Assembly: GCA_965232115.1 (NCBI GenBank)
Contig: OZ246958.1
Coordinates: forward strand, 52,481 to 116,480
DNA from: Candidatus Poribacteria bacterium
Lineage (GTDB): Bacteria > Poribacteria > WGA-4E > WGA-3G
Reading direction: 5' to 3'
Length of the DNA stretch: 64,000 nt
Part shown: in pieces, positions 18,750 through 26,633 of the stretch
How the letters are laid out: every line of letters starts with the position of its first letter
How positions within the stretch are numbered: position 1 is the first letter of the stretch
Made by a program: the position numbers and the translations under genes
Notes under the pieces: model-generated
What the model was told of the DNA's origin: nothing
Seen by the model: the letters and a program-made list of their open reading frames with translations, nothing else
The model's database searches: none

Positions 18750-18861
18750 ATGGCTTATGGCTCATGGCTAATAGCGAATGGCAAATAGTAAAGAAAAGAG
18801 GTGTCTGGTAACCCGAAAGCCTCTTTGCTAACAGCCAACTGCCAATAGCCAATAGCCAATT
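18750..18861. repeat. Heptad-repeat inverted arms around a central hairpin
   Basis: Left arm atggctt/atggctc/atggcta/atagcga/atggcaa/atagtaa. Right arm gctaaca/gccaact/gccaata/gccaata/gccaatt. Centre aaagagg...cctcttt. Confidence 0.8.
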
Positions 18862-19609
18862 ATCTTGCGCGTTTCTTAAAATCAGCACTTGTAAAGTTTA
18901 CAGCAATATCACCACTCGCTGGGACTTCAATCGTCTTGTTTGCTGAACCGAGTTCTTCATGCCATGCAATGACACGGACCCGACCGGCGGGAACATCAGC
19001 GATCGAATAATTACCGGTATCTGCGGATTTCTCATAGTCATCCGAACTCATCCAAGCACCGTCAGCATTTTTGTAACCTGTGACCGTGAAAAAGTTGCTT
19101 GGGACAGCAACGATGTAACCTGTCATCCAAGCATGAATATCGCAAGTGAATTTAATCTCTTCAGCTTTCTCGATTTTGTGCGGAATGATTTTGCCGGGCT
19201 GCGGAATTTGATAGTTTATAGCCTCATTCTTTGTCGCATGGGAATGGACGTTGTGTGCGATCGGATCGCTGGATGTCAGGTCAACAGTAGAACCTGCGAC
19301 AACCGCCAGAACGTGTGGGTAATAAGCGCATCCCTTTTGGTCCATCACGGGATTCTTCTCCGGAATGGTAACTTTTGCGCCACGGACGCGTGCATAAAGG
19401 ACGACGTTCTTGATACCTTTGCCTTTTGAGACAACGAGTGCTTCGGATTTTGTGCCTGTTACAGCGTCAATGCAATGCTGGTCCTTAGTCGCCGTTAAAG
19501 CGGGACGTGCGGGGGCATCGCCATCATACATAACGGTCCCCGTGATAGTGCCGGCGAATGCAGTACTTGCAAGCATTGCGCACAAAACCAGGCTCACTAA
19601 AACTTTCAT
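18860..19609 (-). CDS. Secreted cupredoxin-like protein (paralogue of 11688-12467)
   Basis: Start at MKVLVSLVLC (ATG 19609) with AGGAGA 9 nt upstream. Ligand-like motifs HNVH ... CDIHAWM. C-terminal IADVPAGRVRV. Confidence 0.6.
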   Translation of the reverse strand: MKVLVSLVLCAMLASTAFAGTITGTVMYDGDAPARPALTATKDQHCIDAVTGTKSEALVVSKGKGIKNVVLYARVRGAKVTIPEKNPVMDQKGCAYYPHVLAVVAGSTVDLTSSDPIAHNVHSHATKNEAINYQIPQPGKIIPHKIEKAEEIKFTCDIHAWMTGYIVAVPSNFFTVTGYKNADGAWMSSDDYEKSADTGNYSIADVPAGRVRVIAWHEELGSANKTIEVPASGDIAVNFTSADFKKRAR

Positions 19610-19677
19610 AATTTGGCTTCTCCTTATATGGCGGAACTTACGCAAAATCAGAGAATTAGGTCTATCCTGACGCAATC

Positions 19678-19705
19678 GGTGCGGTTAGAAACCGCACCTA
19701 CCGGG
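19678..19705. repeat. REP-like hairpin GGTGCGGTT-AGA-AACCGCACC followed by TACCGGG
   Basis: 9-bp perfect stem read directly. Related copies lie at 27479-27606. Confidence 0.75.
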
Positions 19706-19792
19706 CAAGTGCGTAAGTCCTATATGGTTTAAATTTGTCCTGCAATATATTAACATTACAGAATTTCAGAATGCAAATAAAAAGACATAAAT

Positions 19793-19825
19793 GGTTATCA
19801 GTTGGCTGACAACCGACAACCGTTA
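19793..19825. repeat. Heptad repeat (ggttatc/agttggc/tgacaac/cgacaac/cgttaag)
   Basis: Read directly. Abuts the stop of the 120-aa cytochrome c gene. Confidence 0.65.
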
Positions 19826-20185
19826 AGACTCAGGGCGGAACGTCTCCTTAATATAGTCGAGAATTTCTCGTTGTTCTTCATCACTGAGGTAGTAGTAGAA
19901 CGCTGGCATATCGTCTTTGCCGCTGTTAATACTATCCAATAGTTGTTCATCGTCGTGCATTTCCCAGAGACTGTTATCAGTTAGGTCTGCCGGATCCAAC
20001 TTTTTGAAACGACCAATACGGCCACTACCTTGTCCATCGTTTCCGTGGCAGCCCGCACAGTATCGGGCGTATTTGTATTCAACCGCCGATTGATATTTCG
20101 TGCTCGGATCAATCTGATTGCCCAACCAAATTAATCCGTTGAGCCAGACAGCAATCATGACGATAACAACGACAAGATGTTTCAT
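19823..20185 (-). CDS. Monohaem class I cytochrome c (membrane-anchored or secreted)
   Basis: N-terminal hydrophobic segment, CAGCH motif, distal Met region DDMPAF. Confidence 0.8.
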   Translation of the reverse strand: MKHLVVVIVMIAVWLNGLIWLGNQIDPSTKYQSAVEYKYARYCAGCHGNDGQGSGRIGRFKKLDPADLTDNSLWEMHDDEQLLDSINSGKDDMPAFYYYLSDEEQREILDYIKETFRPES

Positions 20186-20248
20186 ATTGGCTATTGGTAA
20201 TTGGTTTCCAACTGCTAACCGCTAACAGCCAACTGCTATTTCCGCTAA
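20186..20248. repeat. Heptad repeat run (attggct/attggta/attggtt/tccaact/gctaacc/gctaaca/gccaact/gctattt)
   Basis: Nine 7-nt units fill the whole spacer between two genes. Confidence 0.8.
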
Positions 20249-23200
20249 CGTCCCAAGGATATGAGATACTCACGCACGAGTCGAATCTGTTCTTCAGCAT
20301 CATTGCCAGCATAACCATCAAGCGGCATATACTGTCCACCGACAAGGGGCCATGCCTGCGGCATTGCCGTTCCGGGTTGGAACGATTGTGGATCCTTCAT
20401 CCAGTCAATAAGCCAATCCGCTTTGAGTCGTTCCTTCGCCAAGGCGAGATCTGGTCGTCCTGCCTTATCGCTCCCTTCAGGAATAACTTCGCCCTGCGAA
20501 GGGTGACAGGAGATACACTGGAGTGCGTCAAAAATTTGTTTACCGACCCGCAATTCAGCAGTTGTTGGCGTCGGCACCTCAAGCGTCTCGTAAGGGAACG
20601 GTTCATCATCAAGTGCGGAGAAATACTTGACCAGCGTTGTCGCTTCGTCATCCGAGAGCTCGAAGGTCGGCATCCTGACTTTGAGCCCGTAGCGGATATC
20701 TGATGGCTCCTTGAGGAACGCAAATAACCAATCTGGATAGACCCTTGCCCCTTCAGCCTTCAACGGTGGCGGTGCAAACTGCTTGGCGTTCGTTTCATTC
20801 AATCCCTCGTGTGCGACGATAACATCAATATAATCGCCCCTTGCGCCTTCAATCTCATGGCACCCGGTGCAGTTATATTTTTTCACGAGTCGTCTACCGG
20901 CATCAATGCGGTTGAGTTTCTCAGATCGGTTATGGATATAACTGAGCGGGTACTGTTCGGGCTGAAAACTCTTCAAAAGTACCGCAAGTGCTTTTGCATC
21001 TTCATCGTTAACCTGAAAAACAGGCATACGAGAGACAATACGTCGGGTTTGATAACGGCGCGGATCCGTTATTTTCCCAAGCGTCCACCCTGTCCAACTA
21101 TGTTCAATGTCAACCGTGTCCCCGAAATCAAGTTCATCAACCATCTTTGCCCCGAATTCTCCGAGGTCAGCCCCGACCTTCGACTCATTTTCAAAACCTG
21201 GGATTTCATGACAACCGAAACATCCGTAGGTTCTGACGAGTGCCTCACCCTCCGCCACGTCAACCTCGCCGATGGATTCCGTAGTTGCATTTGGGGTCGC
21301 CTGCTGCAAGTTCATCAGATACGCAACAACGTTACCAACTTCTGTATCACTTAACCGCAAACTCGGCATACTCGTGTCTGGATCGTAGGCTTTCGGATCA
21401 CGAATCCACTGGCGTAGGTAGTTTGGCGTAACCTTTGTGCCGACGCTGTCAAGTGCAGGACCAAAATCGCTGCCTAAACCATCAACGGCATGACATGTGA
21501 GACAGCCAACGGTTTTAACAGTCTCCTCACCCGCTTCAATAGCGCGCTGAGATTCGGAATAGGTTGCACTGGATTCATCGAGATTCGCATCGCTCATCTG
21601 TGCAAGGTAAGCCGCGATAGACTTCACCTCATCAACAATGCGAAGGACGTAACTATCGGGATACGGATATTCCGTGCCGTCATCGGTTTTAATAACAATA
21701 CCGTTTGCGGTTTTGGTAACAACTCCTGTCCGTTTTCCACCATTCTTAAGGTAGACGACCTGTGTCATACCCTCGACGGGGAAGAAGTTAGGCATCGTCG
21801 CGTTCGGTAGGTACGCTTCAGGTTTCTTAATCCAACTCTCAAGCCACGCGACATCTTTGACTTTACTGCCGACTTTCGCAAGTGATGGACCGACTTTGGC
21901 GATGTTTTCAATAGCACTATAGCCTTCTACAGCATGGCAGCCGTGGCAGCCAAGGTCTTCAAAGAGTGCCAATCCTTTTGTGAGATTCGGCGCATAGTCC
22001 TGCGGTTCGTCTGTTTCAGGATCTACACCATAATCTAACATCATTACACCATCGTGGCAGCGGCGGCAGTTAGATTCCATGTATCCTTTTGTCTCTTCAG
22101 AGGTTCTATCGGTATGCTCATCCATTCCGAGTACGGGGGTGAGCCAATACTCCGCATGGGTCAAGGCGTGGGCAGCTTTCGCGGTGAGTGCTTGTCCTTG
22201 TCCACCGTGGCACGGTGTACATCCGAATCTATCAACAGGGTGTTTATCAAGGAGAACATCGCGATGTGGATGTGTCTGGAGTACTGAACGATAACCGGTC
22301 TCATAAGAGATTTCTACTTCGCCGAAAACATCCACATCACTGAACGTGAGGGTCCCGTTCTCTTCCAATGTATACTCATCGGGTTCGGCATCAAACCCAT
22401 CAATTATAATTGACTCACTGCCGAGTTTAACACTTGCGTGCTTGAGATAATGAACAACAGGATTTTCGCCATCCCCTTCCACCTCAAACATCTCTTGTGC
22501 GGACTGTTCGTAGCCGCTTCTATCGGCAGAGAAGTGGCATGTAGCACATCTGTCCGCGGTATAATCAAAATCCTCAAGATAGTGTTGAACAATAGTTCGG
22601 GTCTCACGGAATGGATTTTCTAAGAGACTCCCAAGGAAGGTCCGTTTGATACCACCGACTGAATGTAGCTTTTCCTCAAGACGTGCGACTTCGTCATACT
22701 TTGCCTTGTCGGCTTTTAGAGACTCAAGCGCAGCTTGCGCTGTGGCAATACCTTCAGCGATTTCTGTATCCGTAGCGTTATATTTCTGTGCGATGAGGTA
22801 GGTGCTGAGCGCGCGCTGGGGATCGCTATTGTTTTCATAGAACTGTGCTAACGTTTTGTTTGCGTTTGCAAAGACAGCCTCTGCTGTCAAAACGGCTTCA
22901 GTCAGTTCGCCTTCAATCTGGGACTCATAACCTGCCAATTTTTCTTGCCACTTTCTGACAGTCTCAGTGTATCTACCCTTCGATTCGTGGAGGCTATGCT
23001 GATACTTATAGTTAATTGCATCTGATTCGCTCTGTCGGAACTTGCGTTCTTGTAGTGCCTCGTCAAGTGCGACCTGTGCGTTCTCCACCTCTTTTGTCAA
23101 TTTTTGTAATTCTCTCGGGTCAGGCTCTTGAGGTGTGGGGAGTTCGGGCAAATCCGACAATGCGTTTGCTAATTCTGCCTTTGTCTTGTCATATTCGTAT

Positions 23201-23373
23201 TGATAAAATTGCTGCTGGATCTGCTTCCATGGACGGCGGGTAATCATCTCACTCCAGAATCCCCAAATCGTTACCAGTCCTAACAGTGCGGACAAAATAA
23301 AGAACAAAGCAGAATACGATTTATTCTCAGCAGGAATTTCTTTTTTGCTCCTCACGAAACTTTCTACCTCCAT
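20245..23373 (-). CDS. Membrane-anchored octahaem cytochrome c with an N-terminal coiled-coil region
   Basis: Eight CxxCH motifs (CATCH, CTPCH, CRRCH, CHGCH, CLTCH, CFGCH, CTGCH, CISCH). One N-terminal TM helix, then about 200 aa rich in heptad-like charged residues. Confidence 0.85.
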   Translation of the reverse strand: MEVESFVRSKKEIPAENKSYSALFFILSALLGLVTIWGFWSEMITRRPWKQIQQQFYQYEYDKTKAELANALSDLPELPTPQEPDPRELQKLTKEVENAQVALDEALQERKFRQSESDAINYKYQHSLHESKGRYTETVRKWQEKLAGYESQIEGELTEAVLTAEAVFANANKTLAQFYENNSDPQRALSTYLIAQKYNATDTEIAEGIATAQAALESLKADKAKYDEVARLEEKLHSVGGIKRTFLGSLLENPFRETRTIVQHYLEDFDYTADRCATCHFSADRSGYEQSAQEMFEVEGDGENPVVHYLKHASVKLGSESIIIDGFDAEPDEYTLEENGTLTFSDVDVFGEVEISYETGYRSVLQTHPHRDVLLDKHPVDRFGCTPCHGGQGQALTAKAAHALTHAEYWLTPVLGMDEHTDRTSEETKGYMESNCRRCHDGVMMLDYGVDPETDEPQDYAPNLTKGLALFEDLGCHGCHAVEGYSAIENIAKVGPSLAKVGSKVKDVAWLESWIKKPEAYLPNATMPNFFPVEGMTQVVYLKNGGKRTGVVTKTANGIVIKTDDGTEYPYPDSYVLRIVDEVKSIAAYLAQMSDANLDESSATYSESQRAIEAGEETVKTVGCLTCHAVDGLGSDFGPALDSVGTKVTPNYLRQWIRDPKAYDPDTSMPSLRLSDTEVGNVVAYLMNLQQATPNATTESIGEVDVAEGEALVRTYGCFGCHEIPGFENESKVGADLGEFGAKMVDELDFGDTVDIEHSWTGWTLGKITDPRRYQTRRIVSRMPVFQVNDEDAKALAVLLKSFQPEQYPLSYIHNRSEKLNRIDAGRRLVKKYNCTGCHEIEGARGDYIDVIVAHEGLNETNAKQFAPPPLKAEGARVYPDWLFAFLKEPSDIRYGLKVRMPTFELSDDEATTLVKYFSALDDEPFPYETLEVPTPTTAELRVGKQIFDALQCISCHPSQGEVIPEGSDKAGRPDLALAKERLKADWLIDWMKDPQSFQPGTAMPQAWPLVGGQYMPLDGYAGNDAEEQIRLVREYLISLGR

Positions 23374-23416
23374 TTATTAGCAATTAGGGCGTTCACTTCA
23401 AAACCCGAAGCCATTG

Positions 23417-23493
23417 TTAGCGATTAGTGGTTAGCGGTTAGTCCCTAACACCTAAGTGCTAACTGCTAATTGCTAAAGGCTATCTGCTAACTA
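23417..23493. repeat. Eleven consecutive heptads (4 x TTAGnnn then 7 x CTAnnnn)
   Basis: ttagcga ttagtgg ttagcgg ttagtcc ctaacac ctaagtg ctaactg ctaattg ctaaagg ctatctg ctaacta. The last unit contains the stop codon of the upstream gene. Confidence 0.9.
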
Positions 23494-24357
23494 AATATTA
23501 AACCACGGGGATACCCAGATATATTTCACATTGAAGAATATGCGCAAGATCATTTTTATCGGCAAAGCCATCATGGTTAAGAACAGAAATGAAACAACGA
23601 CGTATCGCACCAGTCCGAGTTCTTGTAAGAAACGGCTACTGTTGCGCTTCCATAGATAGAAAATCGGACCGATCGAGAAATAGCCAGCAACGACAACAAA
23701 GCCGAAGAAATTTGCAGTTGTTTCACTCCGAATACCGAAAAGATAGGACAGATTTACATTCGTTAGCGGTACGACAAGATGGGGATCCCAATACTCCCAC
23801 GGTGCGAAGAAGTTCCACCCTGGGCCTCTGAGGAAGGTTCCGACGATCATCAGAACGATCCATAGGACGATGAATCCGAAGCAGAACACCGCGAGCGCGA
23901 ACGGACGTTCTTTGATTGTATAATAACCTTTGCCTTTCGGATTGATGTCAACATAGGGAATAGCAATCAGTCCGGCAATAATCAACCCCGGCAGCACCAC
24001 GCCTGCGATCCAAGGATCGAAGTAGACGAGCATCTCCTGTAGTGCGAGGAAGTACCAAGGTGCTTTAGAAGGGTTCGGCGTTTTCGTCGGATCGCTCGGT
24101 TCTTCAAGGGGTGCGTCAATCATAATCGACCAGACGCCCAACACCAGCATAACGATAATCGCGCAGATAAACTCATTTCGGCACAGGTAGGGCCAGACGT
24201 AGACTTTATCGTTAAGTGCTGCATCCGAGGGGACACCCGCTATGTCCGTCTGACGTGCCTGCCGGTATGAAAGCCACATGAAATAGGGTATTAAAAAGAG
24301 AATAGCAAGAATCGGGACATTGTCCGGCTTCGTCACGAGTGCTAAAAAATGCTCCAT
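23491..24357 (-). CDS. Cytochrome b C-terminal part / b6f subunit IV-like protein (extended)
   Basis: Motif APWYFLALQEML (PEWY-type). Polytopic. Directly downstream of the cytochrome b6-like gene. Confidence 0.8.
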   Translation of the reverse strand: MEHFLALVTKPDNVPILAILFLIPYFMWLSYRQARQTDIAGVPSDAALNDKVYVWPYLCRNEFICAIIVMLVLGVWSIMIDAPLEEPSDPTKTPNPSKAPWYFLALQEMLVYFDPWIAGVVLPGLIIAGLIAIPYVDINPKGKGYYTIKERPFALAVFCFGFIVLWIVLMIVGTFLRGPGWNFFAPWEYWDPHLVVPLTNVNLSYLFGIRSETTANFFGFVVVAGYFSIGPIFYLWKRNSSRFLQELGLVRYVVVSFLFLTMMALPIKMILRIFFNVKYIWVSPWFNI

Positions 24358-24445
24358 ACTCTGCTCCTTTGAAGATTGGATTCCTTGCCCGTGCTAACAG
24401 AAACTGCTTCCGCCCACACAAAAGATTGGTTCCGACAATCTCTGT

Positions 24446-25216
24446 TTACAGCGGCCCGGAAATGCCGCCATCTTTACGCACCCGCCAGAAATGCAAAGCC
24501 ATCAAGACGCTCGCCAACAGTGGAACCGCAACGCAGTGCAAAATATAGAACCTTAACAGCGTTGAGGGCCCTACGATTGTTCCTGCCAGCAGTGCAAATC
24601 GGACATCATTTGATTGTGTGATGTCCTGTGGCGCAAACGGGCCTTCGTGTCCCAAAACTGGTGTTGCGCGTGCCATATTCGTCCCGACAGTCACAGCCCA
24701 AAACGCCAGCTGATCCCACGGTAACAGATAGCCCGTGAAACTCAGGAAGAACGTCACGAGTAATAAAATGACCCCGACTGCCCAGTTGAATTCTCGCGGT
24801 TTCTTATAGGAACCTGTTAAGAAGACTCTGAACATGTGTAGCATTACCGAAATAACCATTCCGTGGGCTGCCCACCGGTGCATGTTGCGGAGCAGCATGC
24901 CGAAGGGGATATCAAATTCGAGGTACTGTACATCGCGGAAGGCATATTCAGCTGTCGGACGATAGTAGAACATGAGGAGTACGCCTGTGACGGCGGTCAC
25001 CAGAAACATCAGAAAAGTGATGCCGCCCATACACCATGTAAAGCGGAAATTCAGCGCGTGCCGAGAAACCCGAGGAGGATGGAGATGCAACCAGACGTTT
25101 TGGAGGATTTGTAAGGTGTAACGACGCCCCGTATCTTCATATCCGTGGCGGAATATAGAGCGCCAAATATCGGAATTGGTAATCTTCTCTTTTAGCCCTT
25201 TACGTTCTTCGTTCAT
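24446..25216 (-). CDS. Cytochrome b6-like (N-terminal four-helix cytochrome b)
   Basis: Motifs WCMGGITFLMF, LRNMHRWAAHGMV and FFLSFTGYLLPWDQ (bis-His haem ligands). Confidence 0.9.
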   Translation of the reverse strand: MNEERKGLKEKITNSDIWRSIFRHGYEDTGRRYTLQILQNVWLHLHPPRVSRHALNFRFTWCMGGITFLMFLVTAVTGVLLMFYYRPTAEYAFRDVQYLEFDIPFGMLLRNMHRWAAHGMVISVMLHMFRVFLTGSYKKPREFNWAVGVILLLVTFFLSFTGYLLPWDQLAFWAVTVGTNMARATPVLGHEGPFAPQDITQSNDVRFALLAGTIVGPSTLLRFYILHCVAVPLLASVLMALHFWRVRKDGGISGPL

Positions 25217-25301
25217 ACTTTCTATCGCAAGCCTCGGCGTTCAGACGCGCCGAAATGCTTTTTCTGCCTAACCGGAGCCAGGCGCGAATGCTCTCCTTTC
25301 T

Positions 25302-25790
25302 TCAGACCTTCAAAAAGGAGCCTGGGTCCGTCCACTGCTCCTTCTCACCTAAAAACTTCACGGACTTATCAATTTCAATCTGACCGTCCTCTGCCAACGT
25401 AATCTTAACGCGTTCAAGGGGCCGTGGTGCGGGACCTTCATAGTTAATACCTTCTCGGTCAAACCCGCTCCCGTGACAGGGACACTTGAATTTGTCCTCA
25501 GACGAGAGCCACCGCGGCGTGCATCCGAGATGTGTACAAATCGTTAAAAGCGCGTAGAACTCACCGTCCTGTTTCCGAACAATCCAAACACCGAACGGTT
25601 CTTTTTTGAACTTTTCGCTAACGCTACCCGGTGGATATTCCGCGGGGAATCCTGCCTTAAAAATAGAGGATGGCTCAAACAGCACGCGCGGATACAGATA
25701 CCGAACCAATCCAGGTCCGAAAGTCAGTCCTAATGCTGCAACGAAATTCCCCCAACCGAGAAATTTGAAAAATTTACGTCGAGATACCAC
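25302..25790 (-). CDS. Rieske [2Fe-2S] subunit
   Basis: CTHLGC ... CPCHGS boxes. N-terminal RRKFFKF Tat-like anchor. Confidence 0.9.
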   Translation of the reverse strand: MVSRRKFFKFLGWGNFVAALGLTFGPGLVRYLYPRVLFEPSSIFKAGFPAEYPPGSVSEKFKKEPFGVWIVRKQDGEFYALLTICTHLGCTPRWLSSEDKFKCPCHGSGFDREGINYEGPAPRPLERVKITLAEDGQIEIDKSVKFLGEKEQWTDPGSFLKV

Positions 25791-26110
25791 TTACACCCCC
25801 GATCTTGTAGGCAGATACGTCAACGGTACCCACACGCTAAAGCGTGGAGCTTGTGCTTCCTCGCAGACAGCGGTTTTCCCAAAGGTCCGCCGTCTTACGT
25901 CTGCTCCACTTAAGGCAGCCGAGCCTGCCCGTTTTAGAATAGAATTAGGGGAACACACGCAGTCGGGTAGGATTCTACTCCGCTTCCAGCGTCGGTGTGT
26001 TCCGAACATGTTTTTAGACAAGGTGTCCCTTGTAGCTTGCTTACACCACCTCTCACAGTGGCGGACAACGCCTGCACAAGCGTGCAGGGTGAGAGTGTTG
26101 TCCAACAAGT
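25791..26110 (-). promoter_or_regulatory. Long (~320 nt) highly structured 5' leader or unassigned ncRNA upstream of the Rieske gene
   Basis: Lies between a near-consensus promoter and the Rieske start. Contains several 6-9 bp helices and two crossing 7-bp helices. No convincing ORF. Confidence 0.35.
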
Positions 26111-26117
26111 TACGTTA

Positions 26118-26147
26118 ATTATACCACAATTTTACACCAAATGCCAA
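26118..26147 (-). promoter_or_regulatory. Sigma70-type promoter (TTGGCA - 18 nt - TGgTATAAT) reading toward the Rieske gene
   Basis: Minus strand: -35 at 26147-26142 and -10 at 26123-26118, with a TG(n) extended -10. Confidence 0.55.
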
Positions 26148-26633
26148 GTTTTTTCTTGACACAACCATAGGCGGTGTCTACATCCCCGCCCTAAAGATTT
26201 ATCTTGGGGGTTTGACACCGAAGATTATGCTAAAATCTTTTCACACTCGAAAGGCCGCCGATTACGGGCAAGACATACTTACTAATTCCAGATGAGTCCG
26301 ATTAAAAAAGCGGAAAGTCTATTTCAAGTTATTTCGCATTCTGAGCGTTAATAATTATAACATGCTTTCACAAGTTTGTCAACCGTTTTTTAATTTTTTA
26401 TTAGCATCATTTGGTTTTTCAGTTGTTTGAATCGCGGATTGTCACAGATGACGCGGATTTCTGGATTTTGGCAAGCAACAACCTTTCAGTGATTTAGGGC
26501 ATTTTGAGAGAATTGAATGGCACTGCGTAAGCTCTAAAATTCTATTTCATTTCTCAAAGATCTATGCTACAATCTACCTCCGAAAGATCTTTAGTTTCGA
26601 GAAGTTAATGCTGATGAACAAAGGAGAATAACA

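Noticed and set aside
25791-26108. 105-aa ORF upstream of the Rieske gene, and the antisense 170-aa ORF at 25606-26118
   Set aside because: No RBS and Arg/Cys-rich composition typical of translated structured RNA. The region is better explained as a structured leader downstream of a strong promoter.
25791-26110. Possible tmRNA, RNase P RNA, 6S RNA or cobalamin riboswitch (a GCCACTG heptamer is present)
   Set aside because: None of the defining blocks could be found on either strand. These include GAGGAAAGTCC for RNase P, the tRNA-like CCA-proximal arm and tag ORF for tmRNA, and the GGTGAAAATCC-type core and full B12 box for the cobalamin riboswitch. The isolated heptamer is not sufficient.
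26157-26236. Plus-strand promoter-like hexamers (TTGACA-17-TACATC at 26157; TTGACA-13-TAAAAT at 26211)
   Set aside because: The first has a weak -10 and the second has 13-nt spacing, which is too short. No downstream gene lies within 400 nt, so they are not reported as features.
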